This document shows, in pieces, positions 25,821-64,000 of a stretch of DNA of 64,000 bases. How positions within the stretch are numbered: the stretch's first letter is position 1; the number at the start of each line of letters is the position of its first letter. Made by a program: the position numbers and the translations under genes. The DNA is taken from positions 4,712,001 to 4,776,000 of the forward strand of contig CM022669.1 of NCBI GenBank assembly GCA_012295275.1, given 5' to 3'. Below the pieces are notes generated by a model that ran no database searches, was not told the origin of the DNA, and saw only the letters and a program-made list of their open reading frames with translations. The DNA is from Chrysomallon squamiferum. Its lineage: Eukaryota; Animalia; Mollusca.

Positions 25821-27359
25821 AGAAAATCAGACAATGTATACGTAACTGATTTTATTTGTCCAGATTTAATCACTTAAATTGATTTTCACAACTATTTTCA
25901 ATATAGAAAATGGACATATTCATGTTCAGTCTAGAAAACCATATGCAGTTGTCGCTACAATGTATGCAACAATTTTTGGAAATGGAAACTGATCTTATTT
26001 ATGCGTTATTGCTGGCGAAAACGTGCGTTATGTTTAGAATAGGATATTACACAGCTGTGAGCTGATTTTTGTCTGTCAGGATGTCATGTTGCAAACAAGC
26101 ATTTTATTACTCATATACAAAAAAACAAGGCTCTACCATCCTACAAACATTGTGGGAACAGAAAAATGTTCAAAGCTGTACCTTGTATTCAGAAAACATG
26201 GAAATTATATTTCTAATTTTAAATGATCACTATTCTATAAATATTAATACGCGCTACTATCGCCAACTCTGTTAATTTTATTTATATTCATTTTTGTTAC
26301 ATCTAATTTTAGTGGGAATAAGAGAGAGAGAGAGAGAGAGAGAAAGAGATTGTGTTCATGTTTTCTCTATCACAATATGAAACAGAATAATAAATAAAAT
26401 TTTAGTTTGTATCAAAATTGGTTTTATTTCTGTAAAGATGATTAATCTCTCATACAGGTTGAAAGATCAATGAAAAACAAAATAATAAAAACACAAAGAC
26501 GAAATAAAACATGGGAGAACTGGCAAGTGAATGAATACCACAACCATCAAATGAGATAGATCAATGCTACATACTTCAACAGACTTAACAATCCAAGTAC
26601 CACACTTAAGAAAAAAAAAAGAACAAATAATAATTTAAAAAAAAGGCCTTGGTTATTACATCGTATAACAACACTGTTATATATATCTATTATTATAACT
26701 ATGTATCACAAAAAATGTGTTATCTGCAACTCGCATAACAGAAATAAAAAATCTCAAACTGTAATCATGAGTTAAACAATGTGTTCTAATTGACGTAAAT
26801 CAGCTCATTCTTTATCACAATAATTTTATATTTCAGTTTTCGTTTGAATTTATATATATATATATATATGTACACATGCATGAGTGAATAAAGATAAATT
26901 ACAGCTCTATATTTATTTAAGTCTCTTCTATTTGCTTCTATTTAACATAAAAATGCAATTTTTTCATATTAATTTTTCCTTTTTTAATCCAACAAATAAT
27001 AAAATAATATTAAAATTGTAAGACACATTTTTATATAAAAAAAAATTACCTGTTTGATAATGAAGAAGTATTATTCACTGAATTAATATATATATATATA
27101 TATATATATAAAAAAAAATTGATGAATATTTTTTTTATTTTTTTTTTTTTTTAAATCTAAAATTTTAACTTTCTGAAATTCTTCACACATCAGTCCTGCT
27201 CTATTTTTTAACAGTGAATATTATATTTGATAAACCTCTATGAATAAAACAGTAACAAAATAAACAGAACCACACAGGTGAGCAATTTAAACAATGGTAA
27301 TATCACAAATAACAGAATAATAGACATATTTTATACATACATAACATATACATACTCAG

Positions 27360-27405
<46 letters not shown>

Positions 27406-29851
27406 GCATGCATACATACATAGATATACAGTATGAGATGCTGAACAATATATATATAATAAATAACATATTTCTCGTCTATCTAAAACATACAAGTTTT
27501 AACACACAAGTAATGTAAAATAACAGTAGAATTATACACTGAATTATACTGAGGAGAAGTTTTTCATTTTAACTACTGATAATGTGCCTGTACAATTCCT
27601 ATTCATATTTACATTACTATTTATCATTACTTTCTTAACAGAAAAATGAATTTTGTACATCCATTTGTTAACATAGAAGGCAACATGCACCATAACCTTT
27701 CAGATTTTTTTTGTATATGTTTATGGATGTAAAGGGAAAATCTGTTTGATCTATTCATCCACTATCAAATGCATAATCAGAGATGAATTTCTTTATTAAG
27801 AAACAGAAATAAGAATTTAATTCCTGGAAGCAAGTTTAGCATTGCTTATATATGTATATATATATATATATCAAAAACAATTGTAAAAACACTAGTCCAA
27901 TATTGATTTAAAAAAAAATAAAAAATAAAATAATGTAAATGCAGGATGTGTTTTTTGAAGTACTGGGCTATATAATTTGACAATCAGAAATAAAAACATT
28001 TAAATATAACTTTATTACTGTTTTAACTTTGATATTTGTAATAATTTTTTAACATAAATATACTTGTAAAGTATACAAGTCAAATGAGTTATTTTTTTAC
28101 AGTCATGTAACAATGTTATATAACTTTATGAAATATAATGTAATATAATTTTACTTATGTAGTATGTTTATTAATGTTGTGTAAATTTATGTAAAATACT
28201 GTTTGTGTAATATAATATTATTAATGTAGGATAACTGTAAAACTAAGTGTATATAAGAAGTATTATAATTTTTATGCAATTACTTTATACTGATAATAAG
28301 CTCATCAATAAAATATTAATTTAAAATAAAAATAATTATCAAAAAATTAAATAGTAATTTAAAAATATTCCTTTTTTTTAACTTTAAAAAACCCACACAA
28401 AATGAACTATTATATAAAATAAAGAATATAAGGTTAAGTATGAAGATATCACTTTAAGTAGATAATAGAAGTATAGAGGTATAATAAAGTATAACATCAA
28501 TACATTTTAAAATAAAGTATACCTAGATCTGTGAACAAATAATAAAATGGATTTAAATAATATGGATTTCAGAATATGTAAATTGGCATTTGATATATTA
28601 ATAAGAAAAGAAATAAAACCAAATAAAAATAATGCATAATGGGATATATATATGAATCTGCACCAATGTCTTCATTTAAATTATGAATGCCCATTTAAGC
28701 AGAACTGAAATCTGTAGCCTGTTTGACTAGATTTTTATAAAGTGATAGAAATTAACTCTGTTTTAAAATTTGAAAAAGTACATTCTGGGTAAATAGTTTG
28801 TGTAATACTGTTATTCTAAAAATTCTAACCAAGACAACATAGTTTAATATGTGAGTCTTGTCTGTACATTTTTTTAAAGTTCAAACAGTACAACATAAAT
28901 AAATAAATGAGAAAATCCCTTTAAAACATTATTATTAACAGACTATTTGTGATATTTCCAAATATTAAAAAAAAAGACCCTTCAAAATATAAATGAAAAA
29001 TAAATGAAAAATAAGTTCGTGGCAGTTACATACTGTTATGTATATACCTTTCTATTTTTTATTTTTTTTTATTTATAAATAAAAAATTTGAACTAGAAAA
29101 ATACAACAAACCAAAAAAAAAAAAAAAAAAAAAACCCACTGATGATTAAACTGCATGCTAGAAAAGCTGCCTAAATGAAACTACCAGTTTATGAGAGATC
29201 ACCTAAGATTAATTCAAATATCCTACACAAACCATGAACATTATTATTTTTATATATATATTTTGTTTTGAATCATGCACACAGTATAATTGCACTAACA
29301 CAGTCTCATCCATCTATAAACATTTAAGTATAAAAATGAAAAATTCTGTTACAAGCATTGCACTATTTACAGAATTTTATAAAACATAGAAATGAGCTGA
29401 TCTATATAAACAAAGATTGCTAAAACAAAAAACAAAAGAACAAGCTGTATATACATACAATATACAGTTTATAAAATTCACAGTTGTAAGTTATATCTCA
29501 CATATATACATATAAAATACAGTTCACTGTATAGTATATTTATATATTTTTTTGTAGCAGCAATGTAGAACAGCCTATTGTAAAATACCATTAGAGTTTA
29601 GATGTGTTTGCAAAATAGTTCTGCTTAATTAATAATAATGTTAAAAAATGACTGACTGAAATTATTAATTTTGTATGCATAATTTAGCCACTTAATTATT
29701 TACATATAATTTTATGTAAATATTTTAGAATTTGTAAATAATTCATGTAAAAAAAAAACATTTTGAAGTTTATAATTATGAATTTTATCATTGTGATACA
29801 ATACCTTTTGGCTGTGATGTTAGTGTATTAAGGTACAACAACAACAATAAC

Positions 29852-29902
<51 letters not shown>

Positions 29903-30714
29903 AAAATAGTAATAAAAATCAGTATTAATGATAGAAATAAATTAAAAAAAATTAAATACATTCATAATAAAAATAATAATAATAATATAAAAAAATAAAA
30001 ATAAATAATAACTATTAATCTTTTAATAAACTCCAATTATTATTAAATCAAAATTACACACAGAACTTTCATTATAACTTTTTTTTCCCCCTATGATGAT
30101 GTTGAAAATACAATAAAATTATAAAGCAAGATAACATAAGCACACTAAATGGTATAGAAATTGTTTATAAACAATGGACACGCACGTACATTGTCCAGTT
30201 TAATGGTTAAAGTATGCTAGGACATTGATGAGGTCAGTTGTCCATTTGCTAAATATTATCAACACAGATATAGTCTTGTGCATATACAAAATGAGGTTAC
30301 TCTCTATGAAGTTTGTGAAGTTTTTCTTCTACTGAAGTTCAGGAGGTTGTACAATCAAACTCGTTATGTCAGAAAGAAGTTTACTTACTTGGGTCAAACA
30401 AAACCCGTTTCACTGCTTGTGTTCAGTGACACAAATTTTAATGATTTTATTTTTGAAAATGAGTTTTTAAAAATAATAATAATAATAATAAATGAAAGAT
30501 TTTCAAAATGTTTATTTTATTAGAAGAGGTGAAATTTATTTCAAACATCCAGACATTTATTATTTATGGGGGGATAAATTAATTTTTAAATTTTTTTTTT
30601 TTTTTTATTTTATTTTTTTTTTTTAAATTAATTTCATCATACTTTGTAATTTCAGGTATTTAAAGGTGTTAAAACAATTTTAAAATGACCTGACTGTAAA
30701 ATCTGACAGCAGTT

Positions 30715-30749
<35 letters not shown>

Positions 30750-33177
30750 TAAAGAAGTCAAATGTCATAAATGTCTAGTTGTCATGGAAATCAACTGAGT
30801 CTGCCCTCTGTTTAAAAAATAATAAATATGAACCTCTGAATATGTCTGGGTTGCTAAGTAAAGAAATTAAATCAGTAATTATTTTTTTTTCAAATGAATG
30901 AAACTAAAAAACTGCTGCTTTTCACTAAAGCTACATCTGTGCATGGGTCTGTCAGTCTGTGTTTATGTCTTACAGAAAATTTACCAAGTTTAAATAAATA
31001 ATCTTTCTTCCTTATGTGTGTTTGTTGTAGCAGGTCTTGGATTGCAAAATTTCTGATATCTAATTTATACATATTTTTTAAAATTATGATAATTGAAAGA
31101 AAATATGAAGATTTGCAATGTAAACAATGGCGTTTATATGTCGGTTAATGAAACGTGAAAATATACAAAATAAAAATAATTAAATTTAAAAATGTCTAAT
31201 TCTAATGAAACACTGATATTTAGATGAACTTGGAAGAACTCTGATCCTACATAACAAATACAATAGCTACAATGTATTACATATTAAAACTAATTAATTA
31301 CAATGTATTTACTAGTAAAACAAGAAATAAATAAAATAAAGAAAAAATATATATATAATAATACTTTCAAAAGTTATAAGAAAAAAAAATATAATAATAA
31401 TAATAATAATAATAAATGACAGGTAGATGTAAACATACTGTGAATAAATCAAAACCAAATTCAAGAGTATTTTAATAATTTTCTTCAAAACCAATTTGAA
31501 AAAGTAAGGCAGCACATGTGGGAAAAAAAAAAAAATTAATAATAATAATAGTAATAATAGTAATAATAATAATAATAAAAGCCCATACAATACTCTAAAA
31601 ATAAAACCAAGAATAATACTCATATACTATTTTCTATTATGTTTATCATTCCTGCTAAAAAAAAAAAATCACTGTTTTGTTTCTAACAGTAACTATGAAT
31701 TTAATTTTTTAAAATAAAAATCATCCATTTAGAACTATTACTAGATTTATCTGATACTTTAAAACAATGCAACATATATTCAGTACCACACCCACACACA
31801 TAGATGGAACACATTTATAAATGATAATTACATCCAATGCGAAATATGTTAAATTGTGTTCAAAATTTTAAAATGAAATTTACAATGAGCTATTTAATGT
31901 TTGGTTATATGGATGAGTTATAAGTTTTTAGAAAACTATTAAGGCAAATGTTTGTGTCAGTCCACTGCAATGCTAATCTAAGTTTATTTACTGTTGTAAA
32001 CCCTTGTATTTACAAAAAAAAAAAAAAAAAAAAACCTGTAAAAAAAAAAAAAAAATAACAAATAATAATATATAATAATGTATAACTAAATATATAAATA
32101 AATTGAAAATAAGACTGAGTTTATATATATATATATAAAAAAAAAAAAAATCAAAGGAAAATAATAATAACATTCTACACAGTATCACGTAATTAAAATC
32201 CTACATTACATCATATTAATAAAAAAAATAATAAATAAATAAATAAATAAATAAAATAAAACCAAACCAAAATTTTTTTTTTTAACTATCTACTTTTAAA
32301 GCAAACTTCTTTCTGGCTTAATGAGATTCATTTTATTTCTTTATGTTACAACTTACGTGCTTATAGCCAGCCATGTTTTATATGGCGCCATCTTTTCTAC
32401 ATCCTTCCTGTCAACTGAGTTTCAGAATTACCTCCCTTCCTTTCTACACGTTTCACTCTCCAGCCATGGTCATAATCTCATTAAGAATTATTTATACTTT
32501 GTACAAATTTTAAAACTTCATAATATTTTTTTTTCTCTCTCTTTATGTCAATATTAGATCATGTTATATTTTTCCTCTCCAATTATTAAATAACATATTT
32601 GAAAAAAAAAAAAAAAAAAAAAGACATTATAATATAACATTCATACATTTTTTTGTGTAATTTATTATCTTCACAATTTCTGTAGTTTTAACAATCTCCT
32701 TAGGTCATATTTAATTTGGCAATGTTTGTTTTGTTTTTTTTTCCTTCTAAAAAAAGAACACATTTTTTATATATATATATTTTTTAAAAGATCTTCAAAT
32801 ATCAATTCAGACCATAAGTGAACTTGTATCCAATTCTTTTATTGAAACATCTTGTGATTCCTGCACTTTCAACAAGACACAGTGACCTCGACATCAAAAG
32901 GTGACCTTGACCTCAACATGACCTTTAACTATTTTCGGTTAGCACCAGTTGGGACGCCTTCTGTATCGATCTAATATTTCATTTCTTTTCTCAAATGTTC
33001 GCACAATGTACATCCAGACCTGCACAATGGAAGAGCAGCCTTAACACCATGTATTTTTTTAAAAACTTATTTCTATTTTTAAACATCTGTTTATTTGTGG
33101 GTTTCCTGTCTGTGACACGACCTTGACCTTGACCTCCAAAGAGAGGTTACAAAACAGAACAAAATAAATTAGATGCA

Positions 33178-57876
<24,699 letters not shown>

Positions 57877-59837
57877 CTACACATCACAATCAAATACAAA
57901 CAGAATGAATAAACAAATAAAAGAAAAATTCAGTTAACATTTTACCAAGAAAATGTTTTAAATTAATAAAAAAAAAAATATTTGGTTAAATGCAAAAGAA
58001 TACTTTTAATTTTTCAATTTAAAAGTTAGGTGAAAAAGGATCTATTTTATTTTTAAGCAGAAAAAAAAAATATAATTAAATGCATTTATATGTAAATGTT
58101 AGAATTAAACATCAAAGCTTGGAATTAAAGCAAATTATTTCTAATCTATTTTTAATTAGCTGAGGTAAACTTTCTATTGTTGTAAGCAGAAAAGAACAAA
58201 GGGTTTAATTGTGTAATCTCAAATAATTAATTGTTTTTAGATATGTGCTGCCATGGCAAATTGAAAAAAAAAATGGATTTATAAAAAAAACAAATTAACA
58301 AAAATAATAATAATTTTCAGTAAATTTTTATTTAAAAAAAGTGTATTTCTAGTATGAAAAAAATATGTAATATTAAATATAATCTCTTTGTTTCAGTCTT
58401 TTTAATAGTAACTTTTTAAATTACTTATCTGTAAAAAAATATAAATAATTTTAATAAAACTAATAACATTCAAAACTTCAGTTAAATTTACATTTTACTG
58501 AACTCAAAATAAAATTTCAGTAAGACAAAAATAATTAAACAGGTATCAATACATTTATTTACATCAAAATAATAGTTAAAAATTTAATAAAATTAACAAA
58601 GATTTAAACTTTAACATTGATTAAATTTTAAAAGTAACCAAAGAAAAATATATATATTTATATTTGTAAATTACATTTCACAGTAATTGCATAAAATCAT
58701 TAATATATTCATTGCTTTAAAATCAAATATATCATTTTAAAAGATATCATTTAATATTAAAATGTACTGTTAGAATATTAGAATTATTTAATAGGTATAG
58801 AAAAATAGACAAAGGAAAAAAAACAGGATAATAATATATTTTCAGAAAGGTGGAAAAAATAAAGCAAATTTTAAAAGAAATAAAAATTATAGAAAAGATA
58901 TATGAATTATTTATAATCACTAAGAAGATAAAAATATCTTTAAAATTTCACATTTGATAGACATGCAAAAAGGTAAAGATTCTCACATGCCAGAAAGAAA
59001 AAAAAATATTAAAAAATAAAATTAATGATTATATAATTAAAAAAATATTAATATAAAATGTTTTTATAATATTTTAGATTACATATCTAACATGCCAAAT
59101 AAAACATCTAAAAAAAAGGTACACCATTTAAAAAAATGCAAATAATGCTATACATGTTATGTTAAAAACTATATTAAAAGATTATTAAAAAGAAGAAAAA
59201 AATATATATATTCTATAACTAAGTTAAAAAAAAACAACAACTACAAAGTACTATTTTCGTGTGTAGGTGTAGTAGTAGTAGTGTAGTACAGTGTTCAACT
59301 ATGTGATTAAACAACCCATCTATTTGTATATTAATTTTACCTAACATTTTTAACAACTAATACCTTCATGGTTCATGCAAATTCAGGAATAACATACCCA
59401 TCTATTTCTACAACTTTTTAAATTTTTTATTTTAGTAGTGTTGTTCTAATGATCATGGTGTGGAAAATAAAAACAACAACAAACAAATAAATAAAAATTA
59501 TGTGTAATTAAATTTATATGGATTATATGTTTTGGTGATCACTGAAATAATCTTGACTTACTGATTCTTGAATCATATATATATATATATTAAGTGCCAT
59601 TTGTTAATCAGAGCTTTTTTGTATTAATTTTTAGAGATAATATACTTGTAAACCTGTATATTTGTTTATTAAAAAGTTCTGTAAATTTTTAGTTTACATT
59701 TTTATCTTTATTATTGTTTGTTTTAAATTAAAAGACAAAAATATATATTTTATTTATTATTGCTTTTTATAAATTGAATCCTTTAACATTTATTTACATT
59801 TTATGCATTTGTTTACTTTTCAATAGTTTATATATAT

Positions 59838-59877
<40 letters not shown>

Positions 59878-59879
59878 AC

Positions 59880-59939
<60 letters not shown>

Positions 59940-61094
59940 TACATAATTATTTATTCATTTGTTCTTTTTTATTTTTTACTTTTATATATTTTTTACTTTA
60001 TTTATTAGTTTATAATTTAAAATTGTTACATTTACGCCTTACTATTTATGCATTTTTTAATTTATTTATTTATTTAATTTAATTTTATTCTTTTGCCAAT
60101 TTCATTTCATTAAACTCATTTCTGTATAAACTCTGACTATATTTATATATATTCTACTATTGTTTAACAGTTTATACCTAAATGTCTAATTCTTCTGATA
60201 CAGTTTATTTTAAAATACAGATATTAATAATAATAAAAACATAATAATAACATATAAAAATATATAAATTTACAATTTTTTATTATGAATCCAAAAAAAA
60301 AAAAAAAAAAGAAGATTTCTTAAATAATATTTTGCATTTACATTTTCAACTCTTGCAAAAAAGAAAGAAATAAATAGCAATAATAATAATAATAATAATA
60401 AAAGTAATAATAGTCATAATGCAAATAGAAGTAAAAAAATAAATTTATTTTTAGCAAGAACAGAGTAAGTTGACAGAGGCAGAAGAAGACTGCGTCAGAG
60501 ATGCTTTAGCTGTTTTCACTTTTAACACTTTCAATTTTACACAACAAAAGCCCAAAGCTCAGAAGATAAAAATGAGCCAAATGTGTAAAAACAGAGAAAA
60601 AAAGAATTATTTCATAAAATAATCATAATAAATGTAATTTTAATTTATTTAGACTAAACTGTTAATTATTTCAATATTTTATACAGTAATTTAAATATTA
60701 TCAGTATGTGATAGTAAATAAAAGGTTTGTTAAATAAATGGTAATTAGAGAAGCTTATAAAATACACAGGTTTATCTAAAATATTTTTTATATTTTTGCA
60801 ATTAATTAATAACAAATCTGTTTGTGAAAGTATATGTAAGTAAAAGTTGAAAAATATGAGCTGGATATTTTTTGTATGACCTTGACACTTTATGATTTGA
60901 AACTAACAACTATGTGACTTCATCAATTAATTCAGATGATAATGACAAATGAGAGAAACAAAATGTTTAAAATAGATTTCTAGACGTAACCTTGACCTAT
61001 GACACTGACTTCTGACCTTTACACTCCCTGCTATCTGCTGACCAAACTACACGACTATCTATCCAGATGTTTTTACGTGTTCGAGATAGACAAG

Positions 61095-61126
<32 letters not shown>

Positions 61127-61323
61127 TAAATTTATGTTAATGGCTGCCATCTATAAATTAAGTACACAAAATGCAAATTGTCTGGTTCTAAAACTTTTCT
61201 AACCCAATGAAAAAAAAATGTGATAAAAAAAAAAGAAAGACAAAAAACGTGCTAATGTAAAACTGAAATTTTTGACAGTGATGTAATTTTAAAAAAAACA
61301 TTTAGATTCATCTTGCCCCATAC

Positions 61324-61365
61324 TTTATTCTTGATAATGGCTTCAGCCCGCATCACTGTTCGCAA
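61324..61365 (-). CDS. unc-13: Candidate 42-nt unc-13 cassette exon (LRTVMRAEAIIKNK) upstream of the C1 region
   Basis: ttttattgcag|TTGCGAACAGTGATGCGGGCTGAAGCCATTATCAAGAATAAA|gtatgg; a GC-richer island in very AT-rich intron, phase 0-0, in frame with the SMAAKRNAG exon. Confidence 0.55.
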
Positions 61366-63021
61366 CTGCAATAAAATTTTATCTTTAATATTTTTTACTT
61401 TTAGCTATTTTAATATTTTACACATTGAAAGTTGTAAATATTTTAATAATATTTTAAAATTAAAAGGAAAAAAAAAAATAAAAAATACCAAATCTACAGA
61501 AATAATTATTAATTACATGAAATTTAGTAACTGAAAATAAAAATGTTCTTTTAATTTACAAACTATATATATTATTATTTTTTTTAAATTAATTTTAAAG
61601 TTCTAAAATTTTTAAAATAAAATAATCAAACTTCTGAAATGGAAGAATGAAAAAAAAAATTATTTTTTGGAACATGAGTCAAATAATTTTACATTTTGTG
61701 CAAAACTTTATAAGATAACAATTTTTAAAACTAAAATACATCAGATTTGACATAATAACTGTAATGAATACATAATAAAAAAAAAAACATTGATTAGAAT
61801 TTGATCCTTTCATCATAAAAAGTAGTTTAAAACATTTATATGTTCAAAACAAAATTTGCAAAAATTCATCTGTACTCATTTGTTCCCAACAACAAAGTTT
61901 CTAATTAATTTCTTAGTCAAAAAGAAAATTCAAGTATTTAATATTGTCTAAACAGATGATTGTTTATTATTATTACTATTACTTTATTTTTTTTTTGTTA
62001 CATGTTAGCCATATCTCTGTCTTTCATTCTAAGTGTTTTAATGTGTAAAATTTCCTTTTGTGATGATTAAATATGTCACATGATATTTCCTCTATGAATG
62101 ACATGTGTATAACACTTGTACTAAGACTGACTTGTGACATTCACAGTAAGAATGAATGTATGACATGATTGTATGACATATGTATTGAGAAAAACAAATG
62201 CATATTTGTGCTAATAATGACACATGTTTAACATTAGTACTAATAATGACATATGTAATAAGATTGACATATATATACTATGAATGAACTTTCTATGAAT
62301 TTCCAGCATTTTATATTATAATGGATAATATGATATAAAAAAAAAAAAAAAAAAATGTTTCCCATTTGCATGAACCATGAAACAAATTGACAGAAATGAA
62401 GTGTAATATAATTAGTTTTTAAAATACATTTTTGACATATTTTTTTCATTTAGGGGTAATACCACTGTATAATTCACTTTTGTATTATAAAACTGTTTTT
62501 CTCTTCAATTTTATTTCTTTTATACTATTATTTGTTAGGTATGTTATTTTCAATGCTATTTATAACATTAAAAAAAAAACCTCTTTGAAAACTCATTTCT
62601 TTTAGTAATAACTAAGAATATTTTACATTCAAAAGAAAAAACATACATTTCTACTTATCCTTCATATCTGAGGTTTGTTAAAATTTATATTAATAGAATA
62701 ATATTGTGTTAATGGTCTATATATTTTGAGAAGCAGGGTTAAATTAAAAGCAGTTAGTTGATGTGTTTTTTGTATTTTGGTCAGTGAGGTGGTATTTTAG
62801 TAAAACTAGTTGGAATTAAGAAATGGATTCTGATTATTACTGTTATTATCTCCTTTATATTTAATTATAAAATTAAAATATATATGTTAGTGAATGTGTG
62901 TGTGTGTGTGTGTGTGTGTTTGTGTGTGAAAAATTAAATGTATATCAAGGAAAAGAAGTAAAACAAGACAAACATAATTTGATGAGTAATTTCCCAAGAT
63001 CTTTCTGTATAAATAAATACA

Positions 63022-63068
<47 letters not shown>

Positions 63069-63178
63069 AGTTTATTAATTTAAGTAACTGTTTGCCTTTG
63101 AAGAAATAATAATTGAGACTAATTAAATATATATTTTTTTTATTAAATAAAAATATTTACTTGTATAGAAAAAGAAAA

Positions 63179-63227
<49 letters not shown>

Positions 63228-64000
63228 TAAATAATTAAAAAAATAAATAAAAGAATTTAATTTTTATATATGTAAAAAGTTAAATTAAAAAGTAACAGTA
63301 AATAAGAACTAAATAAATTAAAATGGACAAAAATGAAGGTAATAAAATAAAGAAATAAAAAATGGCTGAGATTTACTGACCAAGGGAAATCACTCTAAAC
63401 AAAGAAAACAAAATACTGGAAGTGGGGAAAACATTTTCCAGAAAGTTAACCAGTCAAAGACTATGGAAAAGAAAAATAAATATTGAAGATTCATGTTTCT
63501 CATTTATGTTCACATTTCAAATGTCAAAACAGACTTTAAATATATATTTTAAAATTTTAAAAACAATTTGCTTCTAAGTCTGAAAAAATGTTCAATATTA
63601 GAACATTTATTTCTAATTTATGTTTATAGCAAGTTTATTTTCATTTATATATTACTGATTTAAAAAAATAAAATATATAAATATTTTTAGGAATTATATC
63701 TGAAACTTTTTTTTATATGAAAAGTTTTGTTTTTGTGTTTGTTTATAGATATAAATGTATGAAGATAATATTTAATTTCCAGGTGTAAATTATTTGGAGC
63801 TGCTTTTTATACCAAATGAATGGATTATTAATAATGCTTTTTAACATATTTGTCTCACATCAATATAAATATATATTTATTTCCTTATGTATGAAATAAA
63901 TTCACAACAATCACATTTTATAATGCCTAATTCCTTAAAAATATTATTCTTACATTTAATTTAATTTCCATTTTAAAAGTTTTTATTTATTTCATTTTGT

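Noticed and set aside
32880-33140. TGACCTTGACCT motifs (also about 23720, 60880, 60990) resembling nuclear-receptor direct repeats
   Set aside because: This looks like a common low-complexity dispersed motif; there is no positional evidence for function.
63365-63392. PLVS peptide resembling the Munc13 IPLVSDL motif on the minus strand
   Set aside because: An in-frame TGA lies two codons upstream and the following residues do not match; coincidence.

Overview
AT-rich, microsatellite-laden animal genomic DNA, probably lophotrochozoan (annelid or mollusc; inferred from collagen style, gene content and repeats). I reconstructed five spliced genes by hand from GT-AG sites and exon phases. (1, 2) A tail-to-tail pair of paralogous genes for apparent type I transmembrane collagens: signal peptide, unassigned ~150-aa beta-rich domain, 56-57 Thr-rich Gly-X-Y triplets, 2 EGF plus a truncated EGF, TM, short tail. 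(3) RSL24D1/RLP24. (4) An aquaglyceroporin with a non-canonical SGGYLNPC first motif and Gly at the TM2 ar/R position. (5) The 3' part of unc-13 (C1-C2B-MUN-C2C) on the minus strand. unc-13 contains two duplicated, equal-length 107-nt exons at the C1-C2B junction that look mutually exclusive, with an array of acceptor-like repeats and an exon-intron hairpin beside them. It also has several frame-preserving candidate microexons and a tandem array of copies of one splice donor. Three single-base insertions break otherwise intact reading frames and are probably consensus artefacts. No database searches or folding programs were run.
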